This document shows positions 1 to 12,866 of a stretch of DNA of 64,000 nt, one piece after another. Origin of the DNA: Amoebophrya sp. A120 (Eukaryota > Protista > Dinoflagellata). The translations under genes were made by a program, and so were the position numbers. Where the stretch lies: NCBI GenBank assembly GCA_905178155.1, contig CAJINV010000009.1, forward strand, positions 1,680,906 through 1,744,905, in the 5' to 3' direction. The notes below the pieces were generated by a model that saw only the letters and a list, made by a program, of their open reading frames with translations, did not search any database and was not told the DNA's origin. Numbering within the stretch: position 1 is the first letter of the stretch; the number at the start of each line of letters is the position of its first letter.

Positions 1-739
1 TTTTAAAGCACTTTTCTTTAGGTAAAAAGTATGCAATTGTTGACGGAGGTTGTCTGATCTCCACGATGCAAGTGACGATCACTGACCACGAAGAAAATAT
101 CCTGCCTCCAAGGAAAATGCACAAGTCGCAGAAGAGAATGGAACAAGAGCAGGAACAAAATGAGGCGCCAGACATACACACAACTTCTTCAAGTCGGGAG
201 CTGCCTCTGACAAGACCGGCGTCTTACTTGAAACGGCACTACTGCTCGCGAACAATCCAAGTATGCATATAACAGGCAACCCGTCTGTTGGACATGGAAA
301 GAAACTTCCAGAGACAATTTCGTTTGTACTCACTCAAGCAAACGAAGAAGTTACGTGGACGATAGTATCATGTATCATCTGCTTGGTTGGCTCGCTTTTA
401 CAGCGTCTGCGTCGATCTTGATCTTCGTCAGCTATCTTGCTTTGACTGCATCAACATCTTCATGGATCCATCGACATCTTGTTGATTAATTGTACTCTGC
501 TAAGATGCAAAACATGCATACAGGTACATATTTGTACTTATTTCATGTGCGTACCCGAGTGTGCTAGAGGGCTTGTTTGTGGTAGAGATGATCGACTTTA
601 TTCGCTGCCGCTGGGAGTAGTCGTTGGATGCCTCTTTTTTATCGTAAGCTTCTAGAAATATCCATAATATGCGTAGTCTTGACCTCCCGGTCCCGCGAAT
701 GATGCAGATATTCATTATGGCTTTGTAGGGCTAGGGTCT

Positions 740-790
740 AGAAACTTAGAGAACCCATATGCGTATTTGAGAAACTTAGAGCACCCATAT
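740..790. repeat. 21-bp imperfect direct repeat, 30-bp period
   Basis: agaaacttagagaacccatat (740-760) and agaaacttagagcacccatat (770-790). Confidence 0.8.
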
Positions 791-1578
791 CGGAGAAGCG
801 AAATACGGAAGTCGTTACACGCCCTGAGTTTACTGCGTTCCTGTCAGCGTGGAGGTTTATTGATGTGCTTGCGTACTCTAATATTATATCGTGATTGCTG
901 TTCATGTTATCTGTTACTGTTTATGTGAGAATAGAGCCTATATGTTGACTATGCTTTGTGGAAGATTGCTAGATATTCATATTGATATTCGAGAAATCCA
1001 ATTTTGACTGTTCTGTTTTTGGGTAAAAGTAAAACGATTTGGCACGTTCATAGTGTGCACTTTTGGTATTTGCAACAGACACTGATTCTGATACTGAAAC
1101 GAAAGCGAAACAAATACTTTTATAAACGATTTTTTTCTTGGTTTACCTATTCATCAGCTATCAATCTATTCCTTCTTCGTCGACAAAATCGTTGTTGTTT
1201 TTTTTCATATGTTGATCGTAATATGTTGAAGATAGATGTTCTTTGCAAGAAATTAATATTATCAGTTACAGTTTGTCATTCTCGATGAAGGTATTTTGCA
1301 TACCTCCAAAGAGGAGGTTGATGTAGTTACTATTACAGCTAGGAAGATAGATATGCGTAGTATTTTGCTAAAAACGAAAAAAGAGAAAGACAAACATCTG
1401 TTCTGGAATAAAGAGTTTGTTTTTTGGAGATGAAAGTTGTCACCAGAGAGGAGAACAAGAAGAACGACCCAGTAGAAGTAGCTGTGCATGTTCTATTCGG
1501 AGCACCACGGGAGTTAATATGCAGCTGATCCGCCCCAATTCAAACCCGTTTACAATCCGCTTCATCATCGGTGTATTT

Positions 1579-1890
1579 TTAGGGATTGAACGACAACGGC
1601 ATCCAGTCGGGTGATCCGCAAGCCCGGTAGATGTGCGGAGCGAAGTCGAGATCCTTGTCTTTGATCCCCGTGTTTTCCATCACGTTGCGGTTGCGGTAGG
1701 GATCCCAGGTCATCACGCAGGCGAGAAACGCGTAGTAGATGCCAAACCCACCGTACATTCCTCGCATCTTCTGGCGCCCGCCGCGTTCGATCTGCCACAT
1801 GAACTGCCCGACCAGGTCCCGCCAATTTTTCAGGGCGCCTATAGAGGGGAAGTGCGTGACAGCGACGTATTTGGGTACTGCTGCTACTAG
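1579..1890 (-). CDS. probable exon of a hypothetical protein
   Basis: GC-rich open frame (VAAVPKYVAVTHFPSIGALKNWRDLVGQFMWQIERGG...WMPLSFNP); no recognisable motif; boundaries unresolved. Confidence 0.3.
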   Translation of the reverse strand, partial: LVAAVPKYVAVTHFPSIGALKNWRDLVGQFMWQIERGGRQKMRGMYGGFGIYYAFLACVMTWDPYRNRNVMENTGIKDKDLDFAPHIYRACGSPDWMPLSFNP

Positions 1891-4800
1891 CCCTGAGAGA
1901 CAGACATCGTCATCCGCCCTCGCATGCGGTCTACTGGAGTGATCTCATTTCATTCTGGTGCACTTTCTTTGATGTCCATGTGGATGTGCATCAGAAGAAA
2001 AGCTGCAATGGTGATGAATCCGCATGACATCAAGTTGGCTCTTTTCTGAAGACTAGCAGCAGTCGGGTTCGGGAAGATCACGCACTTCCCTTTCGTAGCG
2101 CTGTCTTCGTTGAAGTGGATGCTGCAGGTAATACTCAGGTATGGCACACTCAAGCGTTACATTGATCGCCCTTATATGGTTTGTCATGCAAAATGACCAC
2201 CACCCACAGGGACAGGCAGCCTCACCATTCGCATTGCCACGATGCAATTAGTTCGTGTGACAAGCTTTCCACGCTCTAAATAGCATTGAAATTTTTATAC
2301 ATGATCGAGTTGTCTATACTTAAAGCAAGACGCACAAGCTTGCCCCTCTGGCTTGTTTTCCTTTTGGTTTTGCTACAACTATTTTTTTATTACAATACAT
2401 GACCAAATCGTACAGCAGCGATCTATGTAACGTTGGAGAGCCCCATACCAGGTACGAGGCCAGATCGGTGAGCAGAAAGATCAGGGTGTAGACGAGGTAG
2501 TCGGCGCGCAACCCAACTTCTCTGCTCTCCACGTCGTGCCGTAGATATGAAAGTAGTGCACATCAGCTCCCCCCGGCAGCAGCTCACAATACGACCAAAA
2601 GATGTGCACTGAAGGAGCAATTATTATTTATCATTAAGACCACAAGGGAACCAATGTTGACATCAATGGATGCACCGGGCGCTGCAGCACGTTCTACGAC
2701 TACGACATTGTCGATGATGATTTGAATCTGATGGCCTCTAAGCCTTAGGTTGTGACAATCCCTGACCCTGTGCGATTCACTCCTTTGTATTCTTTTGAAT
2801 AATAAATTTATGCACGATCAAATGGGAATTAATAGCAAAACCAATAGCTGTAGTTCTGCTTGTGTGGGCGGTGCGTTATCCCGCAACTACGAACTATGGG
2901 TTATGCCGTGCTAGAGGAAAGGGCAAGCACCTGGCATTTGATTTTTGTGAACTTGTAGGCGTAGAGTAGAGAGGAGAATAGAGCAGGAGAGTTCATGTGC
3001 ACTGTCGTAGGGGAAAGCCTGGGTAGAACGACGCGTCACCGACTAGCCCCAGAATCGGCGAAAACAGCACTACGGAGGCAGTGAACAGACGAATCATCAT
3101 GCGCAACTGAAACCGCTGAAAGTTCTCCTGCTGCACGAATTCCAGCATGGCGCGGGCCTGTTTTGGGGAAAACAGGGATGATGATGATCATGATGCTGCT
3201 TTGCTTCGCATTGATTTTTACGTATAATCGCCTTCACAATATATATTCCCAGCATTTTCATTTTGCTTCTGGTGCTTTGACGTAGTTTTTGTGGAAAAGC
3301 ACAAAGATGAGAAAGGACCAATGAAAATGAATTAAGGAAGGCCACAGGATTAGAATAATGAATTAGATTCATGAATAACACATGTTTTTTTTTCGCTGCA
3401 TCAAGTCTAGTACTTACCCGGGTGAGATCCGCGACCGAGACGGGGTACGGGGTTTTCCGGCCCGGGATCACCATGAAGGGCTCCAGCCGTGGGACGTTGG
3501 TGGCGATGATTCGGTGATTCGCGAACTGAAAGTTACGGTTGTAGCGCTGCACGGTACCGTCCTCGTTCAGCGTCGTCGTTTCCTGTTCCTGTTCGTCGTT
3601 TATCCCTCGCGAAAACGTCGTCCACAACTACACGCGCAAGCCAAAATCAAGAGAAACCAAATAGCGGTCTGCGAGACATGAATCGCAATCGCCAAGAAGA
3701 AGGCGACATTCAGTACTTTTACTTTACAGATCGATGCCAAGCTGTTGGCCATCATACATCGCGCGACGTGCGTCGACGGCTGCATTTCCGGGACCAGCCA
3801 GTCCCAAAGCACGTCTCAGCTCTTCGGCCGAGCCTCTTTCGAACTGTTTCTAGTTGCTGAAGTGCGATTTTTCTATTGTTATGCGCAGATTCCCGCGCCG
3901 TTGTGCCTCCACGGCGGCGCGAGCCCCAAATACTTTTACTTTACAGATATGTGTTTCTTTGAACATTTTCAACTGTCGAGCGGAATCCGGCGAAGCTATC
4001 GGGTTGAGCGAGCCGCGGTTCATGCTTTCGTGTCGCGACTGGGTGACCTTAGATGAGACCGACAACACCCGGGAAAGATTTCATGCATGCAACAATGCGT
4101 GAGCGTGGGAGACTAAGTAGCAAATATCAGGCATTTGAGGGCCGTCAAGACTCTCCGGGGTGGTAGGTAAGCATCTTGGTCCGGGACGGGCGAGACCATC
4201 TATCATTTTGGACGAGGCGGGTTTATGTTTAAGGAAGTGCATGTTGACAGACTTTTTGGAAGGCATTATGCAAAGTTGCGTGACGAGCATGTCGCACTCT
4301 GGTGGCAGGGGGTGGCGGGGACGTTTTCACAAAGGATATCATCCAGCTCAAAATTATCAATGTTCATGACGTCGTCCTCCGCGTACCCTTATGCATTGCA
4401 AAAAGTATCGTGCTTGTTGAGACTTAGATAATTGTAATTTAATTAATAAGATGTAATACATCAATTATGCATCATCAATGTGCTGCGTTGAGTTTTTTGT
4501 ATCTATTTTCATCTTGAGCATGCAAGCTTTTCATGCAATTCACACTACGAAGTAGTACGATGCTTTTGCTTTTACACAGGATAGTCCGATGGAAATTTTG
4601 TGACATCCAGATCGCCATCAACGCGTGAATAAATGAGACTGTAGGTAGACGCATAGTCTAGTGCTCCTATATGACCAGCATGCAATATTTACCAATCTGA
4701 TATTTATGGATTGGCATCTGTATTCTGTTCGACCCTAAGTCTTGAACTGTCCCGCGAGCTGCCGCTGTTCTTTGTCGTCTTTGTACTAGTCTGTCTTCTT

Positions 4801-6009
4801 ATAAATACGAAAAATATAAAGTAAACAAAAAATCGTGCTGCATGAGCAGGTTCACAGATTGATGTTAGGTCATGTTCATGGCGATTAGGTGCTCTTTGTA
4901 GTGGTGGATACTGCATCCTTGCTGGGCTTTGCCTTCTTGGCCGCTTTCGGTGCGGCACCCTTAGCGCCCTTGCCTTTTCCCTTGCCTTTCCCTTTACCGC
5001 TGGACGAAGGCTGTAGTGGGTAGTGAGTGGGTCGATGCTATAGAAGGAAATACTAGGTACGTGTTAATAAGTTTGCACTGCGATCGACGAAATTATCTGA
5101 GATGAAAGAAGAGCAACATCATCCATCGTCGTCTAATTCAACTTCTTGTCATAAGTACTTTGCTCTCCTCATCGGCAGAAGGAGTCGGCTCTCCTGCGTC
5201 GGCGCTGGGCAGCTCCCCGGCGGAGCCCGGTCCGGTCTTGGATTTGGCGTTTTTCTTCGTTCCCACGACCGACGTTGCCTTGGCCTTCGCGTTCTGATCG
5301 TTGCTGGTCATGAAAGGATCGGTTTTCAGGCTTTTCAGGGCCTGCCAGTAGCTCGTCGTCTCGTACTGTGCGTAGGACTGACGGCATCGGAAGAAAACAC
5401 TGTTGCACTGGAAATTTATGATGCATAGAATGGAGCATCAAAGACGCATTTGTCTTGCTACGAATACAAGGCGCTTTTTTTTCCCTTTGGAAGTACGCAT
5501 GTCAAGTTTTCTTATCTGTCATAAGTAAACGAACTTGCAATACAAATTTTGCAGAATAGTCATTACAGTGAAACACTTTTTGCTCACGATAGACGGGGGA
5601 CCGAAACCATGGTCGCGGTTTTGCCGAAGCTGTTCTGCGAACTTACCTTCTTCACGATGGATGAGTTTTTCTTTACCACATTTGTCTATCCAACTGCACA
5701 CAAGTGCCCCTCCCGCAGCTTTTTTTGCACGGACATGTCAATGATACGAAGTTCCGATTTAGGACGGCGTGCTTTTCCGGGTGATGCTGATGCCTTTGCT
5801 TGGAAGCGGCATGAATCAGAAACCAGCAACAGGCTCCAGCTCTGGATGCATGCATCCCATCAATCGTCTGCTGCAACAAAGTAAAAGGGGTCGTGGCCTA
5901 TCCGACACAAAAGTATCAATAATTTTAGTTGCCTTATATCGGAAACATCAACATAAACATTCACCATATACTTGCATGGTTCGCTGCGATTCTGTTCAAT
6001 AATAGCACC

Positions 6010-6070
6010 AATTTGCAGCTGGCAGCTGCAAATTGCGATGGCGATGGCGATGCAGCTGCATCGCCATCGC
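6010..6070. repeat. two adjacent palindromes
   Basis: aatttgcagctg-g-cagctgcaaatt (6010-6034) and perfect 30-bp gcgatggcgatgcagctgcatcgccatcgc (6041-6070). Confidence 0.9.
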
Positions 6071-6075
6071 AAAAA

Positions 6076-6546
6076 CTAAAACAAAAAAAAGGCCAAGGCA
6101 CAGCAATAGTGCTGGCGCTTTTCGTGCAAGCAAAGACAAGCGCTGCTGCTCCCGTCCTCGCCTGGGATTTTCCTGGTCAGACCACTTCTTGATCTTGTTC
6201 TTGGGGCGGGGCACTTGTCACGTGGGGATACCGTCGACTGCTTCTTCATCATCATCTGGTCACCCTCTGCGCCTTCGACTTCCAGCAAGGTGGACCCGCC
6301 CTGGGCCACCTCGGCAGAGGCGGCAATCACCTGCGCGCCGTCTTGCTCGCCATCCACGGCGAGCCCGGTGACAAACTCCGACCGTCGCTGCAACTCCGAC
6401 TTGTGCGAGTTGATGCGCTGCACCGCCGATTTACGGCCAATATCCGACAGCTTTTTCGCAAACTCCTCGGCTGCTTGCTCGTCCTCGTTCACGGTGCGCT
6501 CGTGCTCAAGGCGGGCTTCCTCCGTTTGCGCGTCAAAGTTGTACAT
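6076..6546 (-). CDS. probable exon of a hypothetical charged/coiled-coil protein
   Basis: 156-aa ORF, E/K/R-rich, GC-rich codons; other exons possibly at 7281-7538 and 5169-5441. Confidence 0.35.
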   Translation of the reverse strand: MYNFDAQTEEARLEHERTVNEDEQAAEEFAKKLSDIGRKSAVQRINSHKSELQRRSEFVTGLAVDGEQDGAQVIAASAEVAQGGSTLLEVEGAEGDQMMMKKQSTVSPRDKCPAPRTRSRSGLTRKIPGEDGSSSACLCLHEKRQHYCCALAFFLF

Positions 6547-8744
6547 CCAGGTAATCTATCCTGCGCAAAAAGTATCGCGCTCGTTTGTTGTTTCAATTCA
6601 ATGAAATGAGAAAGAGAAAGATACAAATTTTTTTTTAATACAAATCACAAACCTAAAACAGCGAGAAAATTCGGTAGCGAGGACATCAGATCGGAGATGG
6701 CGGCGATCCAGGCTCGTCATCACTGATTTTCGCGGTTCCAGTTCAACAACAAAAATATGCAGATTATTTATATTTCTGAATATAAATTATTTTCTAAACG
6801 AGATTTATTTCTGCCAGGCAGGTGCAACCTTTCACCATTCGATTTGTACGAGTACGCGAATATTTTTGCAATGCATAAGATCGCTGTTGCGACGTCGATA
6901 CGATTGAATTTCCGGTTGATGTTCGCGATCGTGCGGAAGACCTTGAACTTAAACGGGAGGACATACCCTTCTCAAATAACACATGGACTGCTGTTTTTCA
7001 TGGCCAATCCTGTCTGTTTATTCTATCTTGTGATGCCAGAAAAATGCGTAGCAAAGGCGGCGTGATGTTGCGCTGGTGTCTACCCCAACCCCTGCTCCTG
7101 CATCTTCCACGATTACAAATTTCGAACGAATTATCGTGGTGCTCTTCAGCGCCTCATGCGATCCAGCTCAATTATATAAATACCTACTTATCTTCATGCG
7201 GAAACTGCAACTGGTAGCAACTTTGCGCGACTACAAATCGCCAAAAAGAAGGCCGCAACAACAGTCGATGTGATGTTTGATCAATTACCATAAAGGATGA
7301 AGTCCTTGTGGATCTTGCCCTTGCTTGCGTCCAGTTTCATGTTAAAGCAATGCCACTCTGCACTGAAATTCACGCCGAAGTGCAGGATGTCGTAGAAGAG
7401 ATCTTTGATAACAATGATGGCAAACGAAGAGGGCGACAGCTTCAGGAGCGCGCCGCGCCCGTAGGCGTAACGGTACAGATCAAGGACACCTGTAATTTTT
7501 TCGAAGAAGTAGTTTTTTGTCATTGTCTCCTCGTCCACGTCGGCAACCGGAGATCATACTTTCTTGACACAGTACGTGAATCGAACGGTTTTTCCGCATT
7601 TGCATGACCAGAAACGGTGACCTCCACGACCTCCAGCATTGCTGATAGTGATATTGATTATTGCGTTTCTACTGTTTCTGTTTGCTGGTTCGTTTGATGT
7701 GGCATGGATGTATGTTGTGCACGACTTGGTGGTATAAAACAAAAAGCATGAGCAATCTGAGCATTGACTGAATTTACCATTGACGAGAATGCGGACGTAG
7801 TTCGCTATCCCACAGAAAAGTATTCCCCCCCCCCCAGATTCTTCGTGTATCTATTACTATTAGAGTCACTCGGGATGATCGTGCTTTTTGTTATTTTCAG
7901 TGCTTGCCACTACGATTCCGGTGCTTTTCTCTGCCCAGCCTGACACATCTTTTTTGCGCCCCTCGCTCTCACGTAATCGTTGTCAAGAGCCCGCCACATT
8001 GAACTCAGCCTCTGCCTCTGCGTTGATCTGCATGATAGAAAAGTGCGCTTTCCCTTTGTGGCGTCCGCATCTTCCTGTTGTACAGGTAAAAAAATGCAAA
8101 ACAAAAAGAGTTTTGTTTGCGTATGAATACGGGATGGGGGTACTTTTCCACAGGATATTTTCCAACTCCCACTTGTCCTCCGGCGTGAGGGGGCAGCCCT
8201 GGTTGAAGGCGGTGCGTTATCACACAGAAAAAAGCCGGCAGGGCATATTTGTATATCTATATCTTAATATGAAAATACGATTGAAGTCAACTCTCTTGAA
8301 TGTCTTTATGGACAGAAGCGCGCTAGCATGGGCTCGCCCTTTTCGTTTTGCTAGTTAATTTTTGCATGAGTACAAATATGCCCGGCCGGCCTTGTTTTTC
8401 TGTAGGATATGCATCGACAGATGCAGAAGAGAAACAGCGGGCCGACCTTCTTGCTGCCGACCGGCACTTATGCACCGCGAAAGAGAATTATCGCATTGGT
8501 AGTAATTGCACGGAATCCACCTTCCACACGCACACCAGCAGGGGGTTTCAAAAACAAAGGGAAATGCACTTTCGGGTTCTGATTTAGCCCTGTGTTGCCA
8601 TACGGTAATACCAACAAAGGAAAGCGAAGCACAAACAATCCACAGACGCAATCCGATTGCGTCGAAAAAGAAGGGGTCACAATTCCTTGCGGTCGCAGTG
8701 CTGATATAGGTATAGCCTAGGAAAGAGGTTCGCGCTTGTTGCAA

Positions 8745-9205
8745 TCAGTACGAGCACAATAGAACTTCTGCAGAGCGTAGCACCCAGACTGAGAAGAATA
8801 TCGTTGCGAACAACAATTCCATTATGGTTTTGAAAAGGAAGCCACTATCTGCCGTCGCTTCCTGCACGGCCGGAAGAGCCGCCCGCAGGTAGATTGCTCC
8901 GATCACAGCCCACATCGCGTAGGAGACCTATCGACAGCCAATTTCCTGCACACGTACGAAATGCATCACAAATTTCGCCATTTTAGACAGAGTACCAGGC
9001 TGGATAAGAGTGAGAGAAAAAAGTTTGTCATGCAGAGACCACATCTGTAGTAAGTGTGCGGGAAATTTACAACTGTGCATAAGACCACCGCGCACATCGT
9101 GACTCCAAGCTGCAGGGCTAACGGCACGCGCCACGGTTTCATGAGCATGTTGCAGACCAGCAAGGCTACGAAAGGGGCTGGACCCTTGAGGAGAGTGAGC
9201 TGCAA
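8745..9205 (-). CDS. partial hydrophobic (multi-pass membrane) hypothetical protein, interrupted by introner 8929-9081
   Basis: Removing the element plus one DR gives ...LGVTMCAVVSYAMWAVIGAIYLRAALPAVQEATADSGFLFKTIMELLFATIFFSVW...; other exon boundaries unresolved. Confidence 0.5.
8929..9081. mobile_element. introner-like TIR element, family E (diverged), 153 bp
   Basis: tatcgacagccaatttcctgcacac...gtgtgcgggaaatttacaactgtgcata; 5-bp DR agacc both sides; similar to 26490-26640. Confidence 0.8.
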
Positions 9206-12200
9206 AATTTATTTTTGTTCCGCGATTTCGTATATCATTGTTCGGAAAAAGTCGCCTACTAGAGTGTTGACTCACGGCTAGGAGGTTGACTCCCGAGTAA
9301 CACACGACGTTCAGTGAAATAAACAAGAATTATTACAACGACTACCATCTCAAAAACAAAATTATATTTATCCGAAACTTCGAAGAGTTCTTCTTCTTGC
9401 TGTAGCCTGCATTATATTGAAGTCATGTCTGTCATACTACTACTAGCATATCTTTTAGGTTGTAGAACATATGAGATCGCAGGGACGACAGCCACGGAGT
9501 ACGTAGTAAGTTACATCATCGTATTCATACGCACGTACTTCCTTACCAGTCCGGTTTTTCCTTCCGTTGTGTGCGTGTTCCAGAGAGCCAAAGCGTGGAG
9601 GACACAGAAGGCGGCGTACGCTCCCTGCGAAGGCAAGCCCCAGAGGTATGGAATTCTCAAGCGTTACATGAATTTCTGATGCTAAAAAAACAATGAACAT
9701 CAATGAAGCCCCTGAGTAATAGCTCGTAGAGCCCTGTCATCTTCCACTAAGTGAAACATCAATAGTGAGGCTCCCAGGGCGCCTGGAGGTGAGAAACGAG
9801 GATGGCAACTATAGCCGACCATACCAACTGATCGACCAGGAAATGAGGAAGTGGGTTCGTTATGAGGAACGCAAATGCTCCGAGATAACACGAATGAATA
9901 TCCCGCACAACCTCTGCCAACCACTGCCCTCGATTTCACGAATGAAAAGGCAGATAGGCCGCAATTCAAGAACTCCGGCTGCTCTTCCCGAAGCAAGCTC
10001 AACCACCTCCCACAAAGAGCAAGCCACGGGGAACTGATGCAAAAAAAAGCAGGATGCTAAAAAAAACAACCGCGACGGTCATTTTGCATGATAGATTACA
10101 CGTCAATCATGTATAATTATAGCATCAAGTGAGAATGTAACGTTTGAGAATGCCATAAGATGTTGAACATGACCGTCATAGATATGAACTGGATGAGCCA
10201 CCAGATATGCGGGTGCACACCCCCCCTCGTCCACCGCATGTTGTGAACGGTAGCTTTTAGTTTTACGCTACTGGCAACAAAATAAGCTTAAACATCAGAA
10301 GCACGGTAGCTTTGGCATGGCAAATGTGGTGACGAGTAGTTACTAGTGTGGTGCCCTGCTGCTTCGGATTTAGAAATGATTTGCTTGGGTAGAACCAGTG
10401 CCACAAAATGAGGATGAAGTAGAAGGAGGTACCAGGTGGAGAGAGTGTGTGCTTCATCGGTATTTTCCATTTTACAAATGAGAAAAAGGGGGAGTTGTGC
10501 AACAATCGGATACCAGGACATGTAGGTGTAGGCGATGACATCGGTGATCCCGTAGGAAGACATACGTGGGCCCAAGAAGTATGGCCTTCTCAGCTGTTGC
10601 ACTCCCAGCCGTTGCAAACTTTAATTTGTATTTCTATTTCGAAGACCAGCAAGAGCACAAAAGGCGGAACATCGACACGACACGCTGTCTCGTTCGCATG
10701 ACAAATTTTGGGAAGATTTCGACGCAAATTAGGGCATCTAAAATTTCCAATGCGAGAGTAGAGGATGAGGTTGAGGATGGCGATGGGGGACGGAAACAAT
10801 AAACAAATGAAACGCGACACAGATAATTTTGCATGACTGAGCTTGACAAACGTGTTGGCTACGTACTAACAGCTGAGAATGTATAACAGCTGAGAAGGCC
10901 ATAAGAAATAGAAGTTCATCTTGGAGTCCTCGAAAATAGCCAAGTCGCAAGAATTATGCATTGCGAATATGCCTGGTTCTGGAATAAAAAAAGTAGATTT
11001 TTTTGTGACGCTTACTTTGAAGCACACAAAACTCTGCGTTGTATGACTGGCAAAAGCTACCAAACTTTTCGCTTTACTAGTCAAACGCAAAAGGCAAATT
11101 CAAACAGATGAAAGTTTTTCATGTGAAATCAGATGCATGGCGAAGGAGTATTCGCAAGACCTGTGCTGCTTTTGCGCTCATTGTCATTCTCAATTCATAA
11201 CGCAAGGCCCGCATGACAAACAGCCACACGGCACTATTCCAGACCCAGACATATTGGCTCTTGATAAGAAGGCTCCGGATTACCGGTACTCGGTACGACA
11301 CCTGGAGCGGCGTTCCAGTAGCATTTGTCGTTTGTTGCGCATGCAGCGGCACCAGTGCTAAGTCCGCCACAAGCAGTGGCGTCCACTGGGTATTCGTAAT
11401 CTCGGATTGACTCGCGGACCTGCGGGCCCGTGTAGAAACAGCCGTCACCTAACAGTTCAATATTAAGTTGCAGTTGAAGTACTTATTCGCATAATTTGTG
11501 ATTACATTGTTCCTAGATCATCATGATCCACAATATTGTCGTCGTCGAGATCATCATCTACATCTAGTGAAGACGATCTACTGGCTCCTCATGAACCTCG
11601 CTCACATTCATTATCATCGCCCTGAAGATATAGATAATTTGGTTGGCTCCATCAGCAGGTCATAGTCGTCGCGTCTTAGTCTTCTTCGGGCAGGATAAAC
11701 ACATACTCAAAGGTGGATGAATAAACACAACAACAACATTTACATCGACACCCGGGAAAGAAATATGGAATAAATGCCACGCTGTCACCGGAAATCGAAA
11801 TCATGTGGAAATAACACGCAATGCACGAAAAAATGCCAGGCACCAAGCGCCTGTCTTGCAGGGATGACAATTGCGCCGACTGTCTGAACACCATATACAA
11901 GTTGAGTCTTCTATGCAGCGACAAGATTTGTCACTTAGAAAAGTAGGTGGGCGAAAACGGTAGCGATTGGATGCGTCACAAAATGTTTTCATTCTATCGA
12001 TTACCAACCTGAAACCAACTGTAAAGCCAATGAATGCATATATCTTTATTTACGTATATTGCAATAATGAAATGTGAATTGTGATGAGTCCATGGATGTA
12101 AGAAAAAAAATATCAATATTGTTACCTGTATACGGAATGGTCTTGAGGAGGACCCAGATGAAGTGAAAAAACAGGGGCAAGGCGAGGACGAAGAGATGCT

Positions 12201-12837
12201 TCCTGAAGTATGCAAACTATGTATGACTATGAAAAAAACCACCGCGACGCCCGAAGGAAAGAACAAAAGAAATGCGCATATTGATATAAAGCATAAGCAT
12301 CATGAATTGCGTCCACGAACCAGCTCGTGATGGCAGAAGAGAACATACTAGTGCAGAAAGGCAGATGACGGTAGACGTGACTCATGCGTAGCAGCAACAT
12401 CATGCATTGCCTTTAGACTGTCGTGGGAGAAGGCTGCTGATCCACGATGCAATTTGTTTAGTTGGTTTGAATCAGGTCGTGGGGGAGGGCAAGGGAGATT
12501 TTCCTCACGGTACTTCGTTCCGTTCCACACTTTCATCTCGTCTGGAACGTCGGAATATGCATTGTAAATGCTTATGTCGCGGGGTCTGGAGACGTCAACG
12601 CGCAATGCTAGTTGTTCCAGGATCTCCTTGAGAAAGGGACTTACTTTCCTTTAGTTTTACCCACCCACGCATGACATTTTTTTATGCGTAAACAGTAGCA
12701 GAATGCCTGACCTGAGGGAGAGGGGTTGCGTTTTTGCATGACAAATATAAGCACTTAAATATGTAAGTTGTGCTGATCCGGTCGCCGCGTCACAGATTTT
12801 GGCTTCACTCGAAGTCCGCACGACAGGTTTGCATTTG

Positions 12838-12866
12838 TCTAGACCCGGGCATATGTGCATTTGATA
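12838..12866. mobile_element. degenerate solo right TIR of family A
   Basis: tctagacccgggcatatgtgcatttgata vs family A tccagacccagacatttttacatttgata; gcatgaca motifs upstream near 12668 and 12736; no clear left TIR. Confidence 0.5.

Noticed and set aside
1879-1894. 16-bp match tgctgctactagccct with ~58650
   Set aside because: No partner inverted end or further similarity was seen; possibly chance.
4960-5000. GKGKGKGK-coding stretch as a retrotransposon gag
   Set aside because: Low-complexity only; no RT, integrase or protease motifs nearby.
8745-8747. In-frame TGA between two hydrophobic ORF segments as stop-codon recoding
   Set aside because: A single case more simply explained by an unresolved intron; other genes use standard stops.
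10680-11220. Scattered gcatgac motifs (also ~2020-2190 and ~57260) as additional introners
   Set aside because: No paired TIRs or 5-bp repeats could be identified.
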